Shown here: positions 1 through 13,770 of the stretch, piece by piece | Numbering within the stretch: position 1 is the stretch's first letter | How the letters are laid out: every line of letters begins with the position of its first letter | Source of the DNA: Bugula neritina | Lineage: Eukaryota; Animalia; Bryozoa | Assembly (NCBI GenBank): GCA_964035545.1 | Contig: OZ037771.1 | Coordinates: 1,003,628-1,067,627, forward strand | Direction of reading: 5' to 3' | Length of the DNA: 64,000 nucleotides | Notes under the pieces: generated by a model | Told to the model about the DNA's origin: nothing | Database searches by the model: none | The model's input: only the letters and a program-made list of their open reading frames with translations | Made by a program: the position numbers and the translations under genes

Positions 1-1403
1 ACTGTAGTAACTACAGTACACTGTACTTACTATTGAAAACCTACTATTACTACAATTAGCTTGCCATTATCAAGTTCACATTGACATTTGCAATCCTCTA
101 TGTTGAAAGCTGATAAAGTAAAGTGGTGAATATTCCAGAGGTGAGCTTTAAAACCGTAACATCATGGATGTCCTATCATAGGCAGCTGGCAAGGTGAGTA
201 ATTTAAGCGGATCATAACTGTGTTTCTAAACCGATGCACTCGGAATTAATTTTAAGGTTTATCGCATGATAACAATACCAATTTATAAATTAAATCCCAA
301 AATAATAATATAATATATTAAATTTCAAGTTTGTTTAACCCTCAATAACAAGACAGTATTTTTAGTAATATAAAAGGCTCTTTTCTGATTATTGGGAACT
401 CTTCAAATAAACTTATCACCAACTAAATGTTGCATGCATTTCCCCGGCAGAGAGTGTTAGTACCTAAGGCTGTTTCTTACTACGGGCAGGTTGCAAAATA
501 TACAATAGTGTGTCAGTAAACTTGCTATAGATTTACCCTTGCTATAGATTGAAACTTCAACAAAAGTTTATTTAAAACTTGATATGAGAAAATGTAATTT
601 GGAAATTAATGTGACAGCTCTAGCAATTTGATAGGTGAGATTTGGCAAAGATGGATGCTGACATACAGGATTACTCTATGCAGTGTACAGATCAGCTCTG
701 GATTTAAAGATTGCTGCTTGTGCTAGGTTTGTACTAGACTTCAGGTATCAGCTGTTATGCAAGTTAGATTTCCCTGCGTGTTTAAGAAGCAAAAAGCCAT
801 CACTTACATGATGAAAATGTCCCATATACTTTATGCAACCTGGCTAAAAGCATACAAGGAATATGTGCATATGGCTGTATACCAGGTTACACACATTCTA
901 TTAAACTTGTTTCAGGTAGTACACATATCAGTTTCCCACTATACTACACCTATTGAGTGCCAACTGCTGAAAGTCTTAGTCAGAGTTATCTTTCCTCGGA
1001 CATGGCCAACAATGCAGAATTAGGTATTTGTTCAGCTGTGGCCTGATCTACCAGGTTGTAAATCCACAGCTGGCCAGTGAACCAATAACAGCAGCTGATA
1101 GTTATGGCAGCCAATAACAGCAGCTGATAGTCAATAGCAGCCAATAACAGCAGCTGATAGTAAGTAGAGACGTAGAGTTGTGTTGGAGGAATGCTAAGTA
1201 GGGAAGAGAGAGGCCCAAGGAAGTGTTAGCTGGGGTTAGGGCGAGGAAATAGAAGGAGCTCTTAGAAGCGTACAACAAGAATACTATACAGTACAATGTC
1301 CCATTTAGAAGCTTCTTAACCGTCAAAGCAGAGAGGTTAAAGTAAGTGTCCTAGGAATATTAGAAAAAGCAGGTCACATCCTGTAACAAATAGCTCCGCC
1401 TAC

Positions 1404-4400
1404 CTGAACCGTTGGCTTCCTGAATATTGAATCGTGAGTAATGAGAAGTTATGGTGCCGTTTGGGGTGGTGATAGCCGTGTCAATGGTGTCCACAGACTC
1501 TGAGCTGGGCATAGTCGTACTGTCCAGCTGCAAGGTAACATATCAATATAATATCATAGAGAGTATACACTGACCATAGACATAGAGAGTATACACTGGC
1601 CATAGACATAGAGAGTAGTACCATAGTACATAGAGAGTGTATACTCACCATAGACATAGAGAGTGTATACTCACCATAGACATAGAGAGTATATACTCAC
1701 CATAGACATAGAGAGTATATACTCACCATAGACATAGAGAGTGTATACTCACCATAGACATAGAGTGTGTATACTCACCATAGACATAGAGAGTGTATAC
1801 TCACCATAGACATAGAGAGTATATACTCACCATAGACATAGAGAGGTTGTGCGAGTGAGAGGAGACAACCACTGTGTTGCATGTAGCCAGTAAAAGAAGA
1901 AATTCATTTATTTTTGACTTTTGCTCGTCTGTAAGCTTCTCCCCCTCGTCCGTATACCCATTAGCTACCGAGGTCAGCACCGACGTGCTGTTAGCCGCAT
2001 CAGTAACAGGATCCGCTGCCGCCTGAGCTCCGTCTGTCTCACTGGCAGCATCTGAAACAGAAGACAGCTGCATTGAACCGCCTGCAACACCCTGTCAATT
2101 TTATGAATAGTCATTACTTCAACCAATATTATAGCTTGGTAACCATTATTGTTAACTCTATTATCATTGACTTAATTATTATTATTAAATTTTCAATCAA
2201 AGAAAACAATCAGGTTCACTTCATCGATATTAATTTTCATTATAAATTTATTATATATTATATCATTATATATCATAATGTAATGTTACTATGTTCATTT
2301 CTGTGATCATTGCCATGCCTCATCACTGCCAGTGTTTACATTGTAATCATGTGCTTCCAAGAACCAGTGTGTCGCAGAGTTAAACGTTAATAGATGATAA
2401 CTCCAAATTAGCACACACACAAGAACTAGTGTTTCGATAGCAAGGATTACTCACTGTCAGCGGGAGTTGTGTCCTCTCTGAACAGCATGCCTCCAATCAC
2501 ACACGCTTTGAACACCATTTTATTCTCTGTCAAGGTGCCAGTCTTGTCAGAGAAGATATGCTGTACCTGTGACAAAGAATAAGAGACATGAGCCAACTTC
2601 GGGTGATGCTTGGGTGTTATTTGCAATATTTTAAATATGATTATTTCTTTTATTGGCATTCAACTGAAAGTCTACATTATATCAGAGGGCATATTAACCT
2701 TTTATGATAGGATGAGCTCTATCAGTAAACCCAGAGATTTTACTTGCCAATAACAAATATACACAATAAATAGAGTGGATAACTACTAGAAATTGGTATC
2801 AAAATATATCCCCTGATTTGATGAAATCTGCAACTTAAAACTTCTACTATAAGGAATACTGCAAGTAAGTACACACACCTGCCCTAACTCCTCTGTGATG
2901 TTTAGGGCTCTACACACAGGTAAAATGTCGGCCTCTTCATAATACATTGCTATGTCCTGGTGAATGAAATACACCTGGCAGAATTTGACTATCTCCAAAG
3001 TGGCGTAGAGAGAGAGTGGAATCATGACCTAGAAAATGGTATACAGTGTGACATATACCTCTACAGAGTGTGACATATACCTGTACACAGTGTGACATAT
3101 ACCTGTACATTGTGTAACATATACCTATACAGAACATGACATACCTGGTAGATTATAATAAAGGTCCAGAACCGAAGGAAACCCTCCACAGCAGGCTTGG
3201 AGTCGTCCCTCACGCCGTCGTTGAAGGGTATGTAAGGAATATCCTCCGGGGAGTCCCACTTCAAGCTCAACCAGACGCCACTACCTGTAACAAAACAGGG
3301 AACATTCTAGAATGTACACACATAATGTTTCATGTAGCAAATTTATTTAGAGTATGAAACAAATAATACTAGCCAGGTCTGTCACATGATCAGGAGACTT
3401 GAAACTCACTCAACCTACATACATGTTCATCTACAAGAAGTACCGTAATAAAGGAGGGTAGTGTACGTTGTGATTACCTTGTAAGAAGGAAAATACCTTC
3501 TATTATACAATTTTGTCTTTTTAAACCGGAGAAAGATTTCATAGCGTATGTACAAAGGCAGCTAGAGAGTTAGAAAGGGGAGATAGAAAGGAGAGAGTTA
3601 AAGAGGGAGATAGAAAGGAGAGAGTTAGAAAGAGAGGTAGTTTCAAGTGTGTAAAGATACAAGTGCAGAAGAGCACGAAATCTTCAGATGAGTTACAAAT
3701 ATTATGTTGAGAGAAACTAAGAGTTGCTGCATTTGCAATGAGTCAACAGGCACAATGTAAGACAAAGAATCTCTTAATATTAGTTGAAAGATAAATGCTG
3801 GTTAGAGAAACTAGTAGCTATGTTATGTGATGACAAATTACTGTTTTATATACACATTACATCTGTTACATTACCACTAGTCTATCCTATAGCCACCTAT
3901 AATATTACACAGTTCTTTTTATTTACTTGTTTTATTTACAGCCGCTGACCCCTCAGCTAGTTTTACTTATGATGTCAGAAAGTTAGGTAAACAAACTGAC
4001 CAATAGCAGAGAAGAAACAGAGGAATAGTAGAATCACAAGACACCAGATGACGTCACGGTTCATGTACCTCTCCAACTTGCTCCTTTTATATCGTGGACC
4101 ACTACTATTTTTCATAGCCTTAGTGTCATGGCCTGTAAAGGAAATAGGAATTCTTAGATATTGCATATCACTGTAACTCAGCATATTAGGAAACTTCCAG
4201 CATGAGAACATAACTCTAGCAATAGTAATACAACTATCAGGAGAGCATGTAAATTATTATACCCTTTATATAGCTTATGTTCTAAGTACACCTTCAACCT
4301 ACCTGCGTATATAACTATACCCTTTATATAGTCGGTGTTTCTAAGTACACAACCGCGTAATAAGAGATTCTCCTTTGACAGCCCCTTTTTCCTTCCATTG

Positions 4401-5175
4401 TCCAAATGCCTCACACTAAAAATACAAGAGATTAAAATTAAAACCATAAATAGAGAGCAAAATGTAAAACTTTACAGACTGTAAACATGACATCCCCTCC
4501 CCCCAACGAGAACTAGATCAGAGAACACATTGCAGTGAGAAGTGCGAGAGACTGTGAACCCAGCAGTTGGCCAGGAGCTGTTATATCATTGTTTAATGTA
4601 ATACGTGTTGCTTAGCAGTCTCATATACAATGTGATGTGAAGTATGACATGAAGTATGTGAAGATAACTCTACTAGTGCAACTATGCTCAGACAGACACC
4701 ATAGCAGCCTATAGAGATCCACACCCCCCCCCCTCCATAGAGACACAAGGAGAAGGCATAGAACAGTGGACCAAACATTAGCTGCGATATGTACTGCTTT
4801 GTCCTTGGTCACATCTCTAGTATTGATTTTCAATTTTGCAACAAACTGAGTGAAAGTATCTCGTCACTCAACAAACAATTACGCAACTAATTACTACAGA
4901 CACATGAAATGAACAACTGGGCTAATTTCAGCTGAGTCAGGCTGGATAAGCTGTGTCAGGGGGATTGTTCCTTCAACTTAGCTCAAGTTGTCGGACTCAC
5001 TAATAAACAATTTATAATACCAATCAGTCTTCCGATGTAAGCTTATGAGATGGAAATCTGGGAAACTTTACACAGACTACTCTGCTACAAGCCCAACCAG
5101 CAAAAGAATCCAATTCAAAGGGACCACATTACAGCTAAACAGTATATAAACCCCCAGATAGACAGTTGCATATTC

Positions 5176-5238
<63 letters not shown>

Positions 5239-5367
5239 AGGGAGAGAGAGGGAGAGAGAGGGAGAGAGAGGGAGAGAGAGGGAGAGAGAGGGAGAGAGAG
5301 AGAGAGAGAGGGAGAGAGAGGGAGAGAGAGGGAGAGAGAGGGAGAGAGAGGGAGAGAGAGGGAGAGA

Positions 5368-5423
<56 letters not shown>

Positions 5424-8400
5424 CGATGCAAGTATTTCAAGAGAGGGTAACTCACACATAGCCATTGAACTTGTTCAGCTCAGCATTGGGGGCTTCACAC
5501 TCCACCATTATGGGTATTCTAGGGTCAAACTTGCCATTAGAGTCTAATGATACATCAACAGCCGTTCTCTGCTTGAGGTTGGATTCACCTACAAGTATTA
5601 CATTGTATGACATCTGCATGTATAGCGTATGATACCTGCGTGTATAGCATACAACATCTGCATGTATAGCGTATAAAATCTGCATGTATAGCGTATGACA
5701 CCTGCATATATAGCGTATGACATCTGCATGTATAGCGTATGACATCCGCATGTATAGTGTATAACAAAGTATAATATTGTATCATCAGTATATAAGATTG
5801 ATACATTATTACACAAATAATCTAACAACCGAGTGAAGTTATTCCCACAACACTAAATAAACCAAAGTCTATACAAGCAGTGCAAGTGCTAAGAACTGAT
5901 GTACCCGGACTGGGTGCTATGGTGTGATGACATAAACAGCTGTATACTGACCTACTAACTCTACTGCAGTATGACGCAATAAAATGAACTAACACTATGA
6001 CTAGGCTGTAGTACAAAGGTTTCCTGTTGGTACGTGTAAGAACATGAGCTAGTAAGAGTAAGAGATAGTGAGATTAGATGGGAAGAAGATTAATGAAATA
6101 CTGCAATTGTAATGGAATGTAGTAGTAAAGTGATTCAATGAGGAAATATGAGGAGTGTTGGTCATAACCTAGTAGACATGTAAAGGGGAAGAATGGTCAG
6201 AGTAATGCCCCTGTATAAACATACAGGTGTGTAAGAACCAACTCTAAAAAATGAGATGGTGCAATGATGGCTTGAAGTCACACCTGAGGTCTCACAATGA
6301 TACTAACATAGCTAGTAGATGGTAGACTGGTTGTAATCAATGGTTACTACAGAGTATGTATAATCCAAACATTGCACTAAAGAGCTACTGGTCTATTTGC
6401 TCTGCGGCTTAGCTAACATGGCACTACAGTATCGGATACTACAGTGTAGTAGAGTACAGTGTAGTACAGTACAGTGTAGTACAGTAGACTGTAGGACACT
6501 AGTGTGGTTATCAGGGTTGCAGTAGGGAAAAGGGAAGAGAGAGGTAGATGACCTGAGGTGTTCTGGTAACACCAGGTAGCCTTACACTCCCTTTAAACAG
6601 TAGTTAGGATGTTATTGTTACTTCCTCAATAGAACAGTTTTACACTCTGTATATTATATACTGTATATTATATACTGTATATTATATACTGCATATTATA
6701 CACTGTATATTATATACTGTATATTACACTCTGTATATCACCTACTGTATATTACCTACTGTATATCACCTACTCTATATTACCTACTGTATATTACCTA
6801 CTGTATATTACCTACTGTATATTACCTACTGTATATTACCTACTGTATATCACCTACTCTAAAGCGCCTACTGTATATTACCTATTGTATATTACCTAGA
6901 GTATATCACCTACTGTATATTACCTACTGTATATTACCTACTGTATATTACCTATTGTATATTACCTATTGTATATCACCTAGAGTACATATTATTAGGA
7001 ACTAATGACTGGATTACAATGCAATGCTGCCTTCTGCTCACCATCTAAGTTTGCTGTCTCTATAAAGCAAGTAGTAGAGTTCTCAGAACATTCTAGAAGA
7101 AGCAGATCAGCTGGTATCACCTATAAAGAACAGGCTAGAGGTAAACTAGCATTCCGGGTTAACATAGCAACATTTCCTAGCAGTCATAGTTAACCTGAAT
7201 ATTATGTTTCCATCAGTTATCACTAGTATTACATTAAATTATAGTAAAGAAAAAACTAATATTCTATACTCCATAGAAATAAAAAACAAGGCCTTAGTTC
7301 ATTAAATTATAACATTCCGTATCAAAGGAAACACGGTATTCTAAATCCACCAATTATTTATCAATACATTACTATAAGATGCCATCAAGTAGGGATTGGA
7401 TGGCAAATAAGGACAACCAACTAGTTGTACATCAAATGGTCACACGAGTATTACAATGTCAGGAAGGAACAGCAAACTAACCTCATTGCATTTCACTTTG
7501 ACGATGTCCCCAACCAGAACTCTGTAGAACTCCTTAGGTTCATACGACTTGGCAACTCTACAACACACACACCCAGGTTGTTTGGCTACCAACACATGGT
7601 TATAACACTGTTGTAACATGAAATAGTATACTGAAAGGGTAGATAAACTCATAAACTAACTCTACATTAATTACAGGAATCTGAAACAGAGCATTCAGTA
7701 AGTACAGCTGCTATATCTAGGAGGAAGTTGAGGGAAATCAACATGTCTGTTTGCACAGATGTTTCCTTCCTTTATTCCTCTACTCTTAGACAGCTGAGCA
7801 GAAAATCTAAATATTTGTAGTTGAGATGAAAAAATATCCATGATACCGATAATATAATTTGATATGTGGTAATACTTGTATATAGTATTATATACATTGT
7901 ACTAAATAATATGATAGATGTTGTAATACGTAGTATCATATATGTTGCAATATGTAATATATATGTTGTAATATACAGTATATTACATGCCAAAATCGAA
8001 TAAAATACCATACTACAAAAGTGAGTCCTAAATAACCGAGTACTCACAACACATGATTGGTAAATGATTCCCTGATGGCAAATTTCCAGATAAAAAAATA
8101 ATACTCTTAGAGTTGCTAAAACTTTCCAAAAACCTAAAAAAAATCTTATATACCAGAAAATAATAGGCTGACTGTCAACCATTCATGGCTCGGTGCCTCG
8201 ACTAGCTACAGTGCTATTGCGCCATAGGCCCTGTCATTTTGTTTATTTTTTCTCAATTAATTTTTTTCCTACTGCGACAAAATAAAAACAAACAAACAAA
8301 CAAGATACAAATACATTTACACAGGGCAGTGTGGCACATTTTACAATTCATGTCCATCATTAATGAGTTTTTCAATCAAATCAAATTAGAAAATTGACAA

Positions 8401-11267
8401 ATGGAAATCCCATTTCTGAAAGTTGCACTGCAAGAGAAAGGCTAACATTTGCCAACCATTGTTGTAATACATTGTGTGCCACAACCACCATTGAGATGTA
8501 AGTGTGTTTTAGTTCATTGACTATATGAATACTAGTGTTATCATATATGCTATATGTTACATACTATGTGCTATATACTATATGCTATATGCTATATGGT
8601 ATATACTATGTACTATATGCTATATGCTATGTGATATAAACTATATGGTATATACTATATACTGTATGCTATGTGCTCTCTGGATAGACAGTTGGTAGGA
8701 GAAGCTGTAAACCAGCAAATTTGGTGTAAATTCTTCACATAAAATAACTGTTATTATGGGTGACATTAAAAACAACTAATTTAGTTAAACAAAACAAGAG
8801 GTGGCTAAATGCAGTGTTTATTAACCTACAACCAACTCAGCATGATGTGCATACCTGATCCAACATTTTCACCAGACTAGAATAAATTTAATTACTTTTT
8901 AATAAAATTACAAAACACACTTTACAAAAGCTCATAATGATAAGAATGGAGGATAGCCCAGTAACTGTAACTTCCTGTAACATGACATCAAATACTGGGT
9001 AAACAATGTTGCAAGATATACTGAGAATAAGATGCTGATTAAGTAGCATCACCTAGGGCTGGTAGGTAAACGCTGGTAATATTTTCCGTGTGTACACAAC
9101 TTACTTGTTGTACACGAGGCACTTGGACAGGTTGACTTTCTTGTCCTGTTGGTAACGTCTGTAGTCTTCATAAACGTCCTTTATGGCCGTCACTGCCAGC
9201 ACACCTATCACAGGGATGAGCGCAATCTCCCTACCAAATGCCATCACCTGTGGAGCAAACAGCACCTCAGAGTTAGTATACACATGGCAGAGAGATACAC
9301 CTGCTACCCACCAGCTTACTACAGATATTACACCTGCTACACACAGACAAAGATCCCCACTAATGTATCTGCATGTCTTGAATCATTACTCCATCAATTA
9401 CTTCTGACAGCAGAACTATCTGACAGTCTAACAAAGGGATCTGACAGTCTAACAAAGGGATCTCTTGTCCGAATGCATAGAAATGTTGTAACTTTAGTTG
9501 GGTTCAATGTGAAGTTGGGTTCTATTTAGACCAGGCATTGTACTTTGGTTCACACCAGAACTAAGGTCAAGATAGGCAGCACTTGAACCTTAGCCTTAGG
9601 ACTGGCAACTAATCGTTCAATAGGGAGGCTGAAGGGACCCGGTGACTGTATCTCCAAATGAGTGGCAAATATCACTTGGCAAGACTGTAGATATTGTTGT
9701 CAGGCAGTTTACCTAATAGCTCCTTATCACTTATCCTGCACTCTTTGTACACACATAGATGACATAACCTAGGAACACAACAGCTGTAGGAGTCCAGCAC
9801 TATACAAATATCACAGTGTGCTAACAGCTGATGAAATCTACCAGCCTCTCTCCTAGTGCTGGCGGCAGCAGTAATCTGCTAGGAGCTGCTGTGTTGGTAA
9901 ATGATTCCCTTTGCAAATGTGTAGCAAGTGGAAGAGGTAGAAAGTGATATAAAGCCCACCTGAGGTGTAATAAATCCCACCTGAGGTATAAAAGCCCACC
10001 TAAGATATAAAACCCACCTGAGGTATAAAAACCCACCTGAAGTATAAACACCCACCTGAGGTATGAAAACCCACCTGAGGTATGAAGTTGAGAAGGGCAA
10101 CAAACAGGAAGTACATGTTAGCAAATCGGTGAAACTGTTCGAATAAGTTCTTAGGGAGGAAGGTGAGCAAAGTGTATTTTGTCGTCTACAAAAAATGTCA
10201 AGACATTACATATTGTAGAGATAACATTTGAAATAGCCAATTAAAATGATAATAAAATTAACATAGCATAAAGTTATTAAACATGTGTCAACAATGTGAC
10301 AAAAGAATGAATTATTATAAAAGAAGTAACATGCATGAAAATTTGCGAAATTCAATTTCATCAGTAATGGCACAATGCATGAGAAGGAAATGGGTCATTT
10401 TACCTTCTTTAGCACACACAAGCTATATCTCTAGTTTTTAGCCATTTTTCACAATTTAGCTGCTAACATACATGTCTTTTGGCCCTAAACTAATAGAATA
10501 TTAACACATGCAACTAAACAAATAAAGGTGTTTCTTTATTCTGCTTGACTTTCTATATTTTTTCCTAATTTTTTAGTAAATTGGGATAATCAACTGTTAT
10601 GGTTTTTCATGACGTCTGCAACCACATTTCAATAACCAATATAGAAATTAAATGCACTTGGTGCAGGTTTCCCTCTCAGCCTTTATTCCTATACATATTT
10701 GTAATCATCATAAAAAATACCACAACCTGTTAAATTTTTATAACTAAACCAATTTCAATTGTTGGTCCTAATTTGCTGGTGTGTACTAAATGAAGTAAAA
10801 TGGGGGAAATAATTTATCAAAATTGCAAAGTAGAAAGTCATCAGAAATTTCATAAAAAATTTGGTTCACCAAATAAGTGTTTGTAAACTCAAGCATATTA
10901 AATTAGGTGTTGAAATACTGAAAGAGCTACTAAACCCACTAGGCCAAAGTTCATGGAGCCACAGATGATGCAACAAGGAAAAACCCACCAGTAAACCAGA
11001 AATGGCTGGAATGAGACACTCTATAATAAAAATTTGATCACTAGAGTTCCCAAATCATAGATGATACGGTGTGGCATAGCCTGAGGCACTCACTTTGATT
11101 TTGTTGGTCTTGTAGGAAACCTGGGGCGGGGCGGCCCTATCCGAGTCGGAGTCTAGAGTAGCATTGTTGTACACAACCCGCAGACGACTTCTCTCAGCTG
11201 GTTTACCGTGCCAGCAGAGTTTGGTGAGACCTCGCTGGAAGACCGAGTCACTGCTTGAGCTAGCCAT
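1404..11267 (-). CDS. P4-type phospholipid-transporting ATPase (class V / ATP10-like flippase), 5' portion; gene is incomplete here and presumably continues beyond the left edge
   Basis: In-frame GT-AG exons: 11267-11094, 10185-10075, 9247-9105, 7557-7482, 7120-7042, 5588-5456, 4415-4303, 4132-4001, 3284-3145, 3028-2879, 2566-2455, 2081-1831, 1527-1404. Motifs: [68 protein letters not shown], phosphorylation site [29 protein letters not shown] and [11 protein letters not shown] are typical of the ATP10 class. Confidence 0.93.
1555..1845 (-). repeat. 26-bp minisatellite copying exon end + donor
   Basis: Unit CTCTCTATGTCTATG|GTGAGTATAYA, ~11 copies; true donor at 1831/1830. Confidence 0.95.
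3040..3147 (-). repeat. 22-bp minisatellite with CAG|GTAT filling a 116-nt intron
   Basis: caggtatatgtcacactgtgta-like unit, ~5 copies from the donor at 3145/3144. Confidence 0.85.
5181..5423. repeat. (GA)n / GGGAGAGAGA microsatellite
   Basis: Pure purine tract about 30 nt into the intron. Confidence 0.97.
5605..5760 (-). repeat. 22-bp minisatellite abutting the acceptor at 5589
   Basis: gacatctgcatgtatagcgtat, ~7 copies. Confidence 0.9.
6645..6985. repeat. 13-bp minisatellite (tattacctactgtata-type), intronic
   Basis: Tandem ctactgtatattac / atactgtatatta units near the donor at 7042. Confidence 0.9.
9955..10086 (-). repeat. ~20-bp minisatellite copying exon end + donor
   Basis: ATACCTCAG|GTGGG repeated ~7 times; true donor at 10075/10074. 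Confidence 0.92.
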
Positions 11268-11288
11268 GGCCTACAGCACAGACAGTCT

Positions 11289-11448
11289 TGGTTAGGTTAG
11301 GCAGTTGGTTAGGTTAGTCAGTTGGTTAGCCTGTTAGTTAGGTTAGGCAGTTGGTTAGCCTGTTGGTTAGGTTAGGCAGTTGGTTAGGTTAGCCTGTTGG
11401 TTAGGTTAGGCAGTTGGTTAGGTTAGGCAGTTGGTTAGGTTAGGCAGT
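11289..11448 (-). repeat. CTAAC-rich minisatellite in the branch-point zone
   Basis: (ctaacctaaccaactgc)n on the minus strand, ending ~20 nt before the acceptor at ~11271. Confidence 0.9.
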
Positions 11449-11594
11449 ACACATTGATGGCTAGATTACATAGAAACAAGATTATGTTTCAATTGCTGAA
11501 GAGTTCGATATTAGTTTGTGAGTCAGTCTTTTATCAAATCACGAGATAAGAAGGTTTGAGAGGCTGACATGGGCCAAGCCTTTCTCTTTTCTGT

Positions 11595-12015
11595 GTATAC
11601 AGAGTATATACATGTAGATATGTATGTTATAGATATAGTATACAGAGTATATACATGTAGATATGTATGTTATAGATATAATATACAGAGTATATACATG
11701 TAGATATGTATGTTATAGATATAATATACAGAGTATATACATGTAGATGTGTATAGTATAAATATAGTATACAGAGTATATATATGTAGATGTGTATAGT
11801 ATAGATATAGTATACAGAGTATATACATGTAGATGTGTATAGTATAGATATAGTATACAGAGTATATATATGTAGATGTGTATAGTATAGATATAGTATA
11901 CAGAGTATATATATGTAGATATGTATAGTATAGATATAGTATACAGAGTATATATATGTAGATGTGTATAGTATATATATAGTATACAGAGTATATATAT
12001 GTAGATGTGTATATT
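11595..12015. repeat. 42-bp AT-rich minisatellite in the P4-ATPase 5' intron
   Basis: atacagagtatatacatgtagatgtgtatagtatagatatag-type unit, ~10 copies. Confidence 0.92.
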
Positions 12016-13712
12016 ATATAGAGATAAGTACAAAGAGTATATACATGTCAACACACCAGCTTTCACGTGGTCTCACGTAGAATATTTGTCAAAAACTACA
12101 AGCATGTAGCCTAGCATCCTGTTTCTAACTCCTTTTAGAGCCAAGATTAAGTTATTCCTTTCTCTCTAAAATATGAAATCACCGATATTACAACATACTA
12201 CAGCTTCAGCCAACAACAAGGCAGTAATAGAGAACATATACTTTCAGCTATGAATATAACAGTTAAAAAGATTGGTGATTGGTCTAGTATCAGCTTGGAA
12301 ACATTGTAAACCCTTGGTGGAGTCAGGGAGAGTTTTACTTATAAACATAATTGCTGCAACACTACATTAAAATATTTAAGTATTGTTCTCAGCATAATTT
12401 GAGCAAAATACATATTTTACCCAAAATCCCTGTTCTTAAAACAGTTGTTGATATAACATTCATAAGGAATGGAAATCAAAATACATACATTGGTACACAT
12501 GCTGTTATAAAGCAGTGTAAATGTAAGTCTAGAACATGAATAATGTAATTTGAACTAAAGCTATCACCCAATGACAGTTATACTCTATTACCATACTGAT
12601 ATCCATACTTATAAAGTTTACAATTAAATAACGTAGAGCTACTGCTATGCTTACTGTTATGCTCAATTTGATATTGAATTCATACATATATATTTATAAC
12701 ATATATCATTACATTCATTCTAGCATTCAATTAAACGTACATTAGGACATTATAAGTAGCATTATTAAAATATTTTATTACTAAGGATTTGGTGGCAATT
12801 GTTTTCAAATTGAATAATTGATGTTACTATTTGAACAACTAAAGTAAGAAGCATCAATCCTTAATCAGTGATGACTGAATTAGACAATTACTAACATCTA
12901 TGATACTATTACTATATAAATCATGAATGCCATTACCATAATCATTATCATTATGACCATCACTAAAACAATTTATAAAGATGAGTATGAGTCATCAGTA
13001 AAACTACAAGTAGCCTACAAGCAAATGGTAAAATCAAATGTCGATCATAAAATAAATAAATGATAAATCATAAAAGTAATTATAATCATTATCATGACCA
13101 TAGTCATAGTGATATTCATATTTGATATTGATACTCGTATTCCTACTTGAAGTAATGATAGTGATAGCGATAGTGACTATGATATACTATTACTAATACT
13201 AATAGTAATAATGATAATCACTAATAGACTAGTATTAGTATTAATGATTATGCTAGTAAACTAACTTCAAACTTAAAACCAAAGTCAAAGAATAACTATA
13301 AGTATAAGCCTAAGGCATAATCATAATGACAACGATTACGATAATTCTCATTCTAATTCAAATTGACAAAATTAACTGATGGTAATACTTATACTTATAG
13401 TTATACTAATAAGTCTAGGAGTAGAACTAAGAGTAAGAGTTAGAGTAAGACTCATAAGAGTTAGACTTGGAGTACTTAGAGTAACTGTAAGACTAAGTGT
13501 TACTCATACTGTAAGAGTTAGTGTTACACTTACAGTTACACTTATACTTATAGTAATGTTATAGTTATTGTTTAACTCAAGACTCAAACTGAAACTGAAA
13601 CTCAAAGTCAAAGTTATTAGTTAAGAGCCAGGGTGATATTTTCAAAATTATCAATTTCAAATTTACTGTTGCCTAAAGATTGTTACTTAATTTTGATAAA
13701 GCAGCACTTTAC

Positions 13713-13770
13713 CGATACTAGCAAATGAGATTTGGCTAGCAACCGGACCCTGTTTACGAAAAATCAAAAC
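13713..13770 (-). promoter_or_regulatory. Putative non-coding first exon / TSS region of the P4-ATPase
   Basis: The ATG exon is preceded by an acceptor (ctgtgctgtag|gccATG, ~11271), so an upstream exon is required. A donor-like tcg|gtaaag lies at ~13712 in a short CpG-containing patch that borders the periodic low-complexity tract. Confidence 0.4.

Noticed and set aside
1-1400. Further P4-ATPase exons or ORFs 757-1023 and 1102-1326
   Set aside because: I could not find phase-compatible, stop-free exons with P-type ATPase similarity; treated as intron.
5050-5547. RE-rich and SL-rich ORFs
   Set aside because: Translations of a (GA)n microsatellite in an intron.
11289-11448. TTAGG telomere-like repeat
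   Set aside because: TTAGG pairs are interrupted by cagttgg in a 17-bp unit inside an intron; better explained as a CTAAC-containing minisatellite.
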